Below, piece by piece: positions 9,036-19,116 of a DNA stretch of 64,000 nt. The stretch covers positions 96,001-160,000 of the forward strand of contig JBBRPR010000014.1 of NCBI GenBank assembly GCA_038227875.1, given 5' to 3'. Both the position numbers and the translations under genes were made by a program. Each line of letters starts with the position of its first letter. The stretch's first letter is position 1. The stretch is from Planctomycetota bacterium (GTDB lineage: Bacteria > Planctomycetota > SZUA-567 > H5-PLA8). The notes beneath the pieces are model-generated. The model worked only from the letters and a program-made list of their open reading frames with translations, had not been told where the DNA came from and made no database searches.

Positions 9036-10439
9036 ATGATGGATCATCTGAAGAAGGCCTACGACACGAAGTACCTCGAAAGAGCGCTCGCCGACGTCGC
9101 AAGAATCGCGACGGAAGAAGTGGATCGCGCACTACGCCGCGACGGGAAAGTGCTGATCCAGAAGCCGATGGCCGAGATCGCTCGCGAGCTGGATCTGGAA
9201 CGCGTAATTCAGGACGGCAACGCCGATCTGTCGCACTTGGCGCGTGTGTTCCTGCAGAATTGCAATCATCTCCACAACCCGCGATACATGGGGCACCAGG
9301 TTGCGGTGCCGATGCTGCCGTCGAGCATCGGGGATTTTCTCGGCGGCGTCGTGAACAACGGCATGGCCGTCTACGAGATGGGCCCGGCCGGCACGACGAT
9401 CGAGCGAGGCTTGATTCAATGGATGCTGAAAAAAGTCGGCGCATCGTGGGCGGAGACCGGCAGCGGGATTCTCACCCACGGCGGCAGTCTCGCCAACCTG
9501 AGCGGCCTGATCGCGGCGCGCGCGAAGGTAATTCCGGAGAGTTGGGCTGACGGCACGCCGCCGGGATTCGTCTTCCTTGCGTCGGAAGCGTCGCACTATT
9601 CGGTGGCGCGGGCGGCGTCGATTCTCGGGTTCGGCAGCAAGGCGGTGATCAAAGTCGGTGTCGACCTCGAGCTGCGCGTCTCTGCCGAGAACGTAAAAGC
9701 AGCGTACAAAACCGCGCGAGCCGGCGGCAAGCGGGTGCTTGCGGTGATCGCGAACGCCGGCGCGACGCCGACGGGAATCTTCGATCCGCTGCGCGCGATC
9801 GGGGAATTCTGCCGTGCGGAGAACCTGTGGTTTCACGTCGATGGCGCGCACGGAGCTTCGGCGCTCGTTTCGCCGAAGTACCGCGAGTTGCTCGACGGCG
9901 TAGAGCTTGCGGATTCTCTCGCATGGGATACGCACAAACTGCTAGGCACATCGACGCTCTGCGCCGCGGCGCTCTTTCGCGACAAGCAGACGTTGGAATG
10001 CAGTTACGCGCAGCATGCGCCGTATCTGTTCACCGAGGCGGAGAAGCCCGGCGAAGATTTGTCCAAGGTCACGTTTGAATGCACGAAGTCATCGCTGGCG
10101 TTGAAGCTGTTTTTCAATCTCGCCGTGATCGGCGAGCGCGGCATGGCGGCTCATGTGGAGAAACTGTTCGACAACACGCGCACGTTTTACGAGCTGATTC
10201 GCGCGCGCAAGGGCTTTCAGACCATCCACGAACCGCAGTCGAATATTCTCTGCTTCCGCTACGGCAGCGATTCCGCGGTTCAGGACCGCGTGCGTCAGCA
10301 GTTGGTCAACGACGGAAATTTTTACATCACGCGCGCTACCCTGCATGGCGAAGCGTATCTGCGGACAGTGTTTATGAATCCGTTTACGACGACGGAGGAC
10401 GTGTCGGCGCTGTGCGATGAGATTGAGCGGCTGGCGTAG
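9036..10439 (+). CDS. Group II PLP-dependent decarboxylase (diaminobutyrate/aromatic amino acid decarboxylase-like)
   Basis: HNPRYMGHQ, GGSLANL, SHYSV, HVDGAHG, WDTHK (PLP Lys). AAGGA RBS favours ATG 9036/9039 over 9021. Confidence 0.9.
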   Translation: MMDHLKKAYDTKYLERALADVARIATEEVDRALRRDGKVLIQKPMAEIARELDLERVIQDGNADLSHLARVFLQNCNHLHNPRYMGHQVAVPMLPSSIGDFLGGVVNNGMAVYEMGPAGTTIERGLIQWMLKKVGASWAETGSGILTHGGSLANLSGLIAARAKVIPESWADGTPPGFVFLASEASHYSVARAASILGFGSKAVIKVGVDLELRVSAENVKAAYKTARAGGKRVLAVIANAGATPTGIFDPLRAIGEFCRAENLWFHVDGAHGASALVSPKYRELLDGVELADSLAWDTHKLLGTSTLCAAALFRDKQTLECSYAQHAPYLFTEAEKPGEDLSKVTFECTKSSLALKLFFNLAVIGERGMAAHVEKLFDNTRTFYELIRARKGFQTIHEPQSNILCFRYGSDSAVQDRVRQQLVNDGNFYITRATLHGEAYLRTVFMNPFTTTEDVSALCDEIERLA

Positions 10440-10519
10440 AATCTGGACGGAATTTCTGCAACCCATCGCTTTCTCAAGCATCCAAAAGAGCACGGAATGT
10501 TCCCTCTCGGAGTCCCCGC

Positions 10520-11386
10520 ATGAAATTCGCTCTGCTTGCCATGACTCTTCTGGCTATGACCCACGTTTGCCGCGCGGCGGAGTTGGCCGATGGTCTTTAC
10601 TGGCAGACGGACGGCAAATCCGGCCAAAAAATCACAACGTTGAACAGAGGCGACGTGTTCGTCGGTGAGAAATGGGACGTGAAGCCCCTGGAAGTGATGG
10701 TGTCATCTCAAGACAACGCGAACACCAATTTTTATGTGTCGCTGAAGTGTGCGTACGAAATCAAAATCTCTGACTCTTTTATAAACACGGTGCTGATCTG
10801 CGGCGGACGATCATATGCGCAGGGAGGCAGTGGCAGCAACGGTAAGGAGATTTCGTTCGCGGATTATTCCATCGCGGGACAAGAGGGTGCCGATGCGGTG
10901 GCGAAGTATTTCGGCACGACGACGCGCGTGCGACAGCACCCAGGCTACGCGTTTCGCGTGAGCTTTACGCCTGACAAGAAGGAGTATGCGCCCGGCGAGG
11001 AAGTCGCCGCGACGCTGCGCATCGAAAACATCAGTGACAAAACGGTCGCCTTTCAAAAGGGCGGACACAATCGAGCCGAGCGCGATACGCAGTACCATTT
11101 CACTGCACAGCTGAACGGCAAGAGCGTGCCGGACATCGGCACGGATATGAAATTTGGCGGGCTTTCCGTCAATCGCGTACTGAAGCCGAATGAGATTTTT
11201 GAAGACAAGATCGTTCTCAACAAATGGTTCGCGTTTAAAGACGCGGGAACCTACGACATTCTAGGATCGTATTTAATGGAGTTCTTTGAACCCGGTGAGA
11301 AGCATTATTTTATGATCTGGCAGGATTACGCGACGGCCGAATTCAGGGTGACGATTAAAACCCCGGCGGCAAAGGCGGAGAAATAG
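10520..11386 (+). CDS. Secreted hypothetical protein with a beta-rich C-terminal domain
   Basis: Signal peptide MKFALLAMTLLAMTHVCRA; GGAG RBS; PDKKEYAPGEEV..LRIENIS Ig-like pattern. Confidence 0.75.
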   Translation: MKFALLAMTLLAMTHVCRAAELADGLYWQTDGKSGQKITTLNRGDVFVGEKWDVKPLEVMVSSQDNANTNFYVSLKCAYEIKISDSFINTVLICGGRSYAQGGSGSNGKEISFADYSIAGQEGADAVAKYFGTTTRVRQHPGYAFRVSFTPDKKEYAPGEEVAATLRIENISDKTVAFQKGGHNRAERDTQYHFTAQLNGKSVPDIGTDMKFGGLSVNRVLKPNEIFEDKIVLNKWFAFKDAGTYDILGSYLMEFFEPGEKHYFMIWQDYATAEFRVTIKTPAAKAEK

Positions 11387-11432
11387 CGGCGGGGTTGCTC
11401 CATCGCCGAAAGCGTGGTAAGTTTGCCGCGCC

Positions 11433-12731
11433 ATGCCCTCACGAACTCTTGCCTGGATTGCCCTGGTCGTTCTGCTCCTCACGTTGGGACTGCGTCTGCA
11501 CGCGCTGTTCTCGGGGTCGCACGTCGATGAACTGACGCGCGAGCAGGCCACGTACCGGTTGGTGCGCGAAACGATCCGCGAACGCTACGTCAACAACGTC
11601 GACGACAAGGTGGAGAAGAAATTATTTTACGGTGCGCTGGAAGGCATGGCTTCGCAGTTGGACCAGCACACGCAGTTCATTCCGCCCGATGAGTACGAAG
11701 CTTCCGATGCGCGCATCACCGGCGAAATCGAAGGCGTCGGCATGGAAATCGATCAGGACAGCAAGGGTCTGTTCGTCGTCACGCCGTGGATGGGCACGCC
11801 GGCGTACGAGCGCGGAGTCCTGCCCGGCGACCGCCTGCTGATGATCGACGGCGTGGCCACGCAGGGCATGGATAGCGACGAGGCGCGCAAGCGCATCACT
11901 GGCAAGGCCGGCACGGAAGTGAAGCTGACCTTGCTGCATGAAGGCGACGAGAAGCCCGTGGAGCTGGTGCTGCTGCGCGCGGCGATCATCGCGCAGTCCA
12001 TTCAGGCGGCGGAAATTCTGTCGACCGAATGGGTGCCGGATCCGGCGACGAAAATCGGTTTTGTACAGATCGCGCAGTTTCAAAAACACACAGCGATCGA
12101 TCTGGATGCGGCGCTGAAAAAGCTGGAAGGGCAGGGGATGCAGGCGTTGATTCTCGATCTGCGCCAGAATCGCGGCGGGATGCTCGACGCGGCAACCGGA
12201 GTCGCGGAACTGTTTCTGAAGGACGGCCCGATCGTCAGCGTGTTTGAAAAGGGCGAAGGCGGGCGCATTAATGAAGAGGCGCACAAGTCCAGCGGCACCA
12301 AAACGCATCCCGAATGCCCGCTCGTAATCCTGACCGATTCACTGAGCGCATCGGCGTCAGAGATTGTGTCCGGTGCGCTGCGCGAACGTGGGCGCGCGAC
12401 GCTGGTGGGCGGACGGACGTACGGAAAGTTTTCGGTGCAGACGATCATCCGCATCCCCATGGGCGGCAACGAGGGTCTGGCCGCGTTGAAGCTGACCACC
12501 GCGCGCTATAAAACGCCGACGGGCAAATGCATCGACGGGCAGGGCATCGTTCCGGATGTGCTGGTGCCATCGACGGCCGAGCAGCAGAAAGCCCTGCTGA
12601 TCTACCGCAATCAGCGCCATCTGCAGGACAACAATCCTCGTCACACGGCGCCGAAGCCCGGTGCGTTTGTAGATACGCAATTGAAGAAGGCCGTCGAAGT
12701 AATTCTGACCAAAGTCAAGAAGCCGGAATAG
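11433..12731 (+). CDS. ctpA: S41A carboxy-terminal processing protease with PDZ domain
   Basis: N-terminal TM; GVGMEI PDZ; LILDLRQNRGG; SASASEI catalytic Ser; GRTYGK catalytic Lys. Confidence 0.93.
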   Translation: MPSRTLAWIALVVLLLTLGLRLHALFSGSHVDELTREQATYRLVRETIRERYVNNVDDKVEKKLFYGALEGMASQLDQHTQFIPPDEYEASDARITGEIEGVGMEIDQDSKGLFVVTPWMGTPAYERGVLPGDRLLMIDGVATQGMDSDEARKRITGKAGTEVKLTLLHEGDEKPVELVLLRAAIIAQSIQAAEILSTEWVPDPATKIGFVQIAQFQKHTAIDLDAALKKLEGQGMQALILDLRQNRGGMLDAATGVAELFLKDGPIVSVFEKGEGGRINEEAHKSSGTKTHPECPLVILTDSLSASASEIVSGALRERGRATLVGGRTYGKFSVQTIIRIPMGGNEGLAALKLTTARYKTPTGKCIDGQGIVPDVLVPSTAEQQKALLIYRNQRHLQDNNPRHTAPKPGAFVDTQLKKAVEVILTKVKKPE

Positions 12732-14016
12732 CGCGCCGCGCGGCGTCGATCACCGTTTGAATTGATACGCCCTTCTCCAACGCGCTGGCACGGCAATCCT
12801 CGTATTCCGGATGGAATGATGTATCGCGCCCCTGCCACGATCCGATTTTCACACGCACGGCGCCGAACGGCGTCTCCACCGTGATCATGCGCCGCGACAG
12901 TTTCATCCGCGACAGCGTCTGGCAGCGGATCCCGAATGTTGGACACTCTTTGAAAATGAGGTCCGCCAGCGCATCGAGCTGTGCGGGTTCGGCGAGAACC
13001 GTCAGCATCGACCCGGGGCGGAATTTTTTCATCTGAATCGGTGTCAGGAAGACATCCAGCGCGCCGCGCGCGAGCAATGTCTCGCAAAGGAAACCGAGGA
13101 CTTCCGGCGTGGCGTCGTCGATGTTCGCGGAGATTTCGACGATGCTGTCGGTCGATTCCGAATCGCGAGCGGTTGTCGGTTCCGAGAGCGTGCCCAAGGC
13201 CACGCGCAGAATGTTCGGAAACGGTTGGTTCTCGCGCGTGCCGGCGCCGTAACCCAGATTCGTAATCGTCATCGCCGGTAGCGGACCGAAGTGTTTCACC
13301 AGCGCCGCCGCGAGCGCCGCACCTGTCGGCGTAGTGAGTTCTTTCTGAAACGTCGTCTCGCGGATCGGCAGACCTTTCATCAGCTCCAGTGTTGCGGGCG
13401 CGGGAACAGGCATCTGCCCATGAGCGCATTTGACGAAGCCGCCCGAACCCAGCGCGATGGGGCCGGACCAGACTTCGTCGATCCCCAGTGCTTCCAGACC
13501 GATGCAGACGCCGACCATATCGACGATGCTGTCGATCGCGCCGACTTCGTGAAAGCCGACGTCTTCCGGCGGCATGTTGTGCATGCGGCCCTCGGCGATC
13601 GCGAGTTTGTAAAACGCGGCGATGCTGTTGGCCTTTACCGCGGGGCTCAGCGTTGAATTTTCGATCAGCTTCTTGATGTCCGCGTAGGTGCGGTGCGCAT
13701 GCGAGCCGGACGCGCTTTCGCCGTGATGCGCATGACCGTGATCGGCATCGCCGTGCGAATGGCCGTGATCGTGTGCAGGTCCATGTTCATGCGCGCCAGT
13801 TTCCTGAGGCGCGCCGTCGATTGTCACATCAAATTTTGTAGCGGCAATCGCTCCTCGGAGCACACGCTTGGAACCGAGGTGATAGCCGGCGACGTTGAGT
13901 TTCGAGAGCTCAAAATGGAGCCGGGCCAGATCGAGTCCCAGATCCAACAGTGCCGCGACAAACATGTCTCCGGCAATGCCGCTGAATGGATCGAGGTAGA
14001 GTATTGTCTTGCTCAC
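12715..14016 (-). CDS. larC: Nickel-pincer cofactor nickel insertase LarC
   Basis: GTG 14016: LYLDPFSGIAGDM, His-rich insert, FHEVGAIDSIVD, ELTTPTGAA, QMKKFRPG, PEYEDC. Confidence 0.93.
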   Translation of the reverse strand: MSKTILYLDPFSGIAGDMFVAALLDLGLDLARLHFELSKLNVAGYHLGSKRVLRGAIAATKFDVTIDGAPQETGAHEHGPAHDHGHSHGDADHGHAHHGESASGSHAHRTYADIKKLIENSTLSPAVKANSIAAFYKLAIAEGRMHNMPPEDVGFHEVGAIDSIVDMVGVCIGLEALGIDEVWSGPIALGSGGFVKCAHGQMPVPAPATLELMKGLPIRETTFQKELTTPTGAALAAALVKHFGPLPAMTITNLGYGAGTRENQPFPNILRVALGTLSEPTTARDSESTDSIVEISANIDDATPEVLGFLCETLLARGALDVFLTPIQMKKFRPGSMLTVLAEPAQLDALADLIFKECPTFGIRCQTLSRMKLSRRMITVETPFGAVRVKIGSWQGRDTSFHPEYEDCRASALEKGVSIQTVIDAARRAIPAS

Positions 14017-14065
14017 GCCGTACCGTCCCGTTCCCGCTCCAGTTCCGCGTCGAACTTGGAGAAAA

Positions 14066-15661
14066 TCAGATTGAGAAGTCGTCGAAGCCCATAATTTCCC
14101 GCACCTTGTCGCCAATATTCGGGGCGCGCATGAACGTTTCGCCGATGAGCACGGCATCAATGCCGGCTTCCGCCAAGCGCAGCGTGTCGGCGCGATTGCT
14201 GATTCCCGACTCGCTGACCAGAAGGATTCCGTTGCGGCTGGAGCGCGGCAGCTTTTCGGCAAGGCGGAACGTGGTCTCCAGATCCGTCTGCAGCGTTTTC
14301 AAATTACGGTTGTTGATGCCGACGATGTTCGCGCCGCTGTTCAGCGCGATTTCCAGCTCCGCTTCGTCGTGTACTTCCACCAGCGCATCGAGGCCTTCGC
14401 CTTCGGCGGCTTCGCGGAAATCGCGCAACTGGGCCAGGTCCAGGCAGGCGACAATCAGCAGCACGGCATCAGCACCAAAGCGCTCGGCTTCAACGATCTG
14501 GTACTCGTCGATGATGAAGTCCTTGCGCAGGATCGGCAGCTTGGTGGCTTCACGCGCGAGGTTCAGGTGGTCGAGCGACCCCTTGAAATACTTGGTGTTG
14601 GTCAGCACCGACAAAGCCGATGCATTGGCGCCTTCATAAATTTGCGCGATTGCCGCTGGATCAAAATCCGCGCGCAACAGTCCGCCGGACGGGCTGGCCT
14701 TCTTGATTTCTGCAATGAGTGAGAGTCCCGGCGACGCCAGCGCCTTGCGGAACGACCGGGGCGCGGTGCGTTTGGACTGATTTGCGCGCAGTGCGGAGAG
14801 CGGCGCGGCGCTCTTGACCAGCGCGACTTCCTCGCGCTTGTTCTCCACAATTTCCTGCAGGACGTCGGATGCTGAATTCAATGGCCGGCCTGCGCCGCCG
14901 CCCTGTCCACCCACTCCCATGCGCGAGCTCTCCTTGCGACGAATGTCCGCCTCGAGTTCCAGGATGCGTTCGAGCATCGGATCGGGCAAATTGGTCTGTT
15001 CGAGATTGAGCGCCGGAACGCGTTGACCGCCCGAGGCGACGACGCGTCCGGGAATTCCCACCACCGTTGAACCCGGCGGCACGGCGTGTAGCACAACCGA
15101 TCCGGCGCCGATGCGCGAATTCTGGCCGACGACAATGTTACCCAGCACTTTCGAACCCGCGCCCAGCGACACGCCGTCTTGAATCGTAGGATGGCGCTTG
15201 CCGGTTTCCTTTCCCGTTCCGCCCAGCGTGACCTGGTGGAGCATCGAAACATTGTTGCCGAGGATCGCCGTTTCGCCGATCACGACGCCGTGAGCGTGGT
15301 CGATGAAAATGCCGCGACCAAATTTCGCGCCTGGATGAATGTCAGCCCCGGTAAGGAAACGCGCGTAGAAATTCACCAATCGCGCCGGCGTGCGCAGTCC
15401 CCAACTATATAAGGGGTGCGCGGCGAGGCGATGAAGTGTCAGCGCCCACCAGCCCGGGTAGCAGGCGCAGGCGATCCAGCCTTCCGCGGCCGGGTCGCGA
15501 TAGCGGATGGCTTTCAGATCCGAAATAATATCAACGAGCGTGGAGGGCCGTGTCAGCAGTACCAGCAGACTGGTCAGTACGAAGAAGGCGACGAACGCCA
15601 AAAAGAGTGCGCAGAAAACCCACCCCACGTAGGCTGCGACAATTTCCATGTAGTGCAACAT
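14066..15661 (-). CDS. cysE-trpC: Fusion of N-terminal TM helix, serine O-acetyltransferase and indole-3-glycerol-phosphate synthase
   Basis: One open frame: RDPAA..TGADIHPGAKFGRGIFIDHAHGVVIGET..VTLGGTGKETGKRHP (CysE), Gly-rich linker, then IAEIKKASPS, LSVLT, LRKDFIID, LVEVH, GINNRNL, VSESGI (TrpC). Start is 15661 or 15649. Confidence 0.9.
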   Translation of the reverse strand: MLHYMEIVAAYVGWVFCALFLAFVAFFVLTSLLVLLTRPSTLVDIISDLKAIRYRDPAAEGWIACACYPGWWALTLHRLAAHPLYSWGLRTPARLVNFYARFLTGADIHPGAKFGRGIFIDHAHGVVIGETAILGNNVSMLHQVTLGGTGKETGKRHPTIQDGVSLGAGSKVLGNIVVGQNSRIGAGSVVLHAVPPGSTVVGIPGRVVASGGQRVPALNLEQTNLPDPMLERILELEADIRRKESSRMGVGGQGGGAGRPLNSASDVLQEIVENKREEVALVKSAAPLSALRANQSKRTAPRSFRKALASPGLSLIAEIKKASPSGGLLRADFDPAAIAQIYEGANASALSVLTNTKYFKGSLDHLNLAREATKLPILRKDFIIDEYQIVEAERFGADAVLLIVACLDLAQLRDFREAAEGEGLDALVEVHDEAELEIALNSGANIVGINNRNLKTLQTDLETTFRLAEKLPRSSRNGILLVSESGISNRADTLRLAEAGIDAVLIGETFMRAPNIGDKVREIMGFDDFSI

Positions 15662-15846
15662 AGTCTGACTGACATGTTCATAAGAAGCGCGAAAAAATCC
15701 AACGCATAATGAGGATGGCCGTTCGGGAGACTCAGGCGGGCGATTGGCTCTTGGGCGTGTGAGAACCCGCGCGTCTTGACAAAGTGTATTGGGCCCCATA
15801 TATTGAAGTCGTAGTTCATCTTTCACCGCGCAGAGGTTCAACGTTG

Positions 15847-17700
15847 ATGGCTGGCTCTGATGTCTCCGATGGCTCGACGACCGACGGTTTGCCCGTCGCG
15901 CCATCCATGGCGCCAGCATTGCTGACGGCCGAAGTGCCTCGCCACGCCACTCAAGTTGACGGACGCGTGCTGACCATCTCCGGCTGCGCAATCGTCATCG
16001 CCGCGCTCGTCGCACTGGTGGCCCAGGGACTCACACGCCTGATTTTCATGTTCACCAATCTCTGCTTTTACGGAAAGCTCTCGTTTGCGCACGCCACGCC
16101 GTACGACCATCATCTGGGTTGGCTGGTCGTGTTCGTGCCCATCGGGGGCGCGATTGTCATTGGCCTGATCGCGCGCTTCTGGCTGGAATCGATCCGCGGC
16201 GACGGCATTCCCGAAGCGATGGAGAAGGTGCTGGTCGGCAAGAGCCGCATCCCGCCGCTGATGACGCTGCTGAAGCCGATCTCCGCGGCGATCTCAATTG
16301 GTACCGGCGGCCCGTTCGGTGCGGAAGGTCCGATCATCGCGAGTGGCGGCGCGCTGGGATCGCTGATTGGCCAACTCTTGCGCATCACGGCGTCCGAGCG
16401 GAAGACACTGCTTTCCGCCGGTGCGGCGGCAGGCATTGCGGCGGCGTTTGGCAGTCCCGTCGCGGCGGTTCTGCTCGCGATTGAAATCCTGCTCTTCGAA
16501 TTGCGGCCGCAGTCGCTGATTCCCGTCGCGCTCGCCAGCGCCACTGCGGCGGGAATTCGCATGCTCTTCGAAGGCAGCGAGCCGGTCTTCCCCATGCCGT
16601 TGATCGAATCCATTTCCGGATCAGCGGTGCTGGCGTACACGCTGCACGGACTGATCGTCGGCGTCGCGGCGGCGTGGGTGACGGCATTAGTCTATCGTGC
16701 GGAAGAATTGTTTGATCATTTGCCCATTCATTGGATGTGGTGGCCGGCCCTCGGCGCAATTGTCGTCGGCGTCATCGGCTACATAGAGCCGCGTACGCTG
16801 GGAGTAGGCTACGTCAACATCACCGATTTCCTCGCGCAGAATCAGACGCTGCGCTTCATCGTCATGCTCAGCATCCTCAAATTTGTCTCGTGGACGATTG
16901 CGTTGGCCAGCGGAACATCCGGAGGAACGCTGGCACCGCTTTTCACGATCGGCGGCGGCATCGGCGCGGTGCTTGGGGTGGCCACCAATCATTTCTTTCC
17001 CGAAGCGGGAGTCGACGTACGCATGGCCGCACTCGTTGGGATGGCGGCGATGTTCGCGGGCACCTCGCGCGCGGTCCTGGCGTCAGTGGTCTTCGCGTGC
17101 GAAGCGACGCATCAGGTCAGCGGTTTGCTGCCGCTACTCGGCGGGTGCTTCAGCGCGTACCTGGTTTCGTGTTTGATGATGCAGCATTCGATCATGAGCG
17201 AAAAGATCGCGCGGCGCGGAGTGCGCGTGCCGACGGAGTACACGCCCGACGCACTGGAACAGATTCTCGTTCGCGATGTAATGACCGCCGGCGTTGTCTC
17301 CATCCGCGGTGAGGACACCGTTCAGAAAATCCGTGATTGGCTGAACGCCGAAGGATCCGCGCATCAAGGATTTCCGGTGCTCACGTCGTCCGATCTGCTG
17401 GCGGGCATCGTGACGCGCAAGGACCTGATGGATTCCAAAGTACCCGGGAGCAAAAAGATCATTGATGTCATCCGGCGCACGCCGATCGTGGTCTATGCCG
17501 ACTGCTCGCTGCGCGCAGCGACCGATCACATGGTCAATCACGGCATCGGCCGGCTCCCGGTTATTCTGCGCGAGGAACCGAAGAAGATCGTCGGCATGAT
17601 CACGCGCAGTGACATCCTCTCGGCCAGCCGCCACCGCATCGACGAGCACAGCAATCCCACCGCGCAGATCAAAATTCCGCTGAGCGTCTTCGGCGGCTGA
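15847..17700 (+). CDS. ClC family chloride channel/transporter with a CBS pair
   Basis: GDGIPE, GPFGAEGP, SGGTLAP, many TM helices, and C-terminal CBS motifs (VRDVMT, GIVTRKDL, GMITRSDIL). Confidence 0.92.
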   Translation: MAGSDVSDGSTTDGLPVAPSMAPALLTAEVPRHATQVDGRVLTISGCAIVIAALVALVAQGLTRLIFMFTNLCFYGKLSFAHATPYDHHLGWLVVFVPIGGAIVIGLIARFWLESIRGDGIPEAMEKVLVGKSRIPPLMTLLKPISAAISIGTGGPFGAEGPIIASGGALGSLIGQLLRITASERKTLLSAGAAAGIAAAFGSPVAAVLLAIEILLFELRPQSLIPVALASATAAGIRMLFEGSEPVFPMPLIESISGSAVLAYTLHGLIVGVAAAWVTALVYRAEELFDHLPIHWMWWPALGAIVVGVIGYIEPRTLGVGYVNITDFLAQNQTLRFIVMLSILKFVSWTIALASGTSGGTLAPLFTIGGGIGAVLGVATNHFFPEAGVDVRMAALVGMAAMFAGTSRAVLASVVFACEATHQVSGLLPLLGGCFSAYLVSCLMMQHSIMSEKIARRGVRVPTEYTPDALEQILVRDVMTAGVVSIRGEDTVQKIRDWLNAEGSAHQGFPVLTSSDLLAGIVTRKDLMDSKVPGSKKIIDVIRRTPIVVYADCSLRAATDHMVNHGIGRLPVILREEPKKIVGMITRSDILSASRHRIDEHSNPTAQIKIPLSVFGG

Positions 17701-17839
17701 GCGCGTATCGCGCGTTTATCCTGCTTGCGGTTGAACACTCCCCTGCGTACAACACGGCGTCGCCTTACAAACCGTGTTTCGTCCGCGGCGCTCCGCGAAA
17801 TTTCCGAGCGCTTGCAGGACTTGCAGGAGTCGCGCGTTC

Positions 17840-19116
17840 GTGGCCGGATTTCATCCCGATACCGCCGAGTCCGGAAGTGAAGGCGCTTCGTCGCTGACTC
17901 CCATCACTGTCGCGCTGATTGGCATGCTGGTGATGTCGGCAGTCTTGAATTACGTCGACCGCTTGACGACCAGCGCGCTGGCGCCCACGTTGAAGGCGGA
18001 ATTTTCGCTCAACGACACTCAGTGGGGCTGGGTGAATTCCGCGTTCGCGCTCGCCTATATTTTCAGCAGCGTGTTTGGCGGCGCGTGGATTGACCGCGTC
18101 GGTGTGCGCAAGGGCTTGATGATCAGTTCGCTGATTTGGTCGCTGGCCGCCATGGGCCATGCCTTCGCGACTGGTTTCAAGAGTCTCTGTTTCTGGCGCA
18201 TGCTGCTGGCGCTGGGAGAAGGACCGGGCATTCCCTGCATGTTAAAAGGCATGCGCCGCCTGATGCCGCCACGCATGCGCGACACCGGAACCGGTCTGAT
18301 CTTCGCTGGCGGCGCGGCCGGCGCATTGATCGCGCCGCTGTGCGTCATTCCCATTGCCACGCACTTTCACAGTTGGCAGGCCGCCTTCCTGACCACTGGT
18401 GGAATGGGGATGTTGTGGCTGCCGATCTGGATTGCGCTCGCCTTTCGTTCCAACGTTCCGCTCGGCCCGGCGGAAATTAAATTGACGGCCGGCAACGACA
18501 CCGCCCCGCAGCCGCTCCGCTGGAGTTCCCTGGCGCTGTGGGCGACCTTGGCTGCCGTCTTCTTCACCGTCGCGCCCACCGTGTACGCCAATAATTTTCT
18601 CTCGCTCCATCTGACAAAAAGTTTCGGACTCACACAGGAAGTCGTCGGACACTACATGTGGCAGCCGTTTCTTGCGGTCGACATCGGACAATTGATCGGC
18701 GGATTCGCGGCGACGTTCTTGTTGACCCGGGGCTTCACCTACTTGAACGCGCGCCGGCTGGTCATGTCGATCGGATTCATCGGCGCCACGCTGATCCTGG
18801 GCATGGCGCACGAGAAGGAAGTGCAGGCGGCGCTCAATTGGCTCATCGCGTCCCGTTTTTATACCAGGCCGCGTATACGGTGCTGATGGCGTATGGCGTG
18901 GAGTCCGTGGCCGAAGGTCAGACGGCGCGAATGGCGGGCTTGATGAACGCGACCTTCTCCGCGTGCAATTTTGTCTTCAGTCCGATCATCGGCAATCTCG
19001 CCGACAATCACGGCTACTCGGCTGTAATTACTCTGATTGGCGTGACGCCGCTGGTGGGGCTTGCCTGCTGGATCGTGCTGAGTCATTTGCATGCGCGCGC
19101 TGCAAGCAAAATCTAG
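17840..19116 (+). pseudogene. MFS transporter (ExuT/hexuronate-like) split by a 1-nt frameshift
   Basis: LNYVDR and GAWIDRVGVRKG MFS motifs. The frame breaks at the T5 run 18856-18860; one extra T gives SRFLYQAAY.. and the remaining TM helices to stop 19116. Confidence 0.8.
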
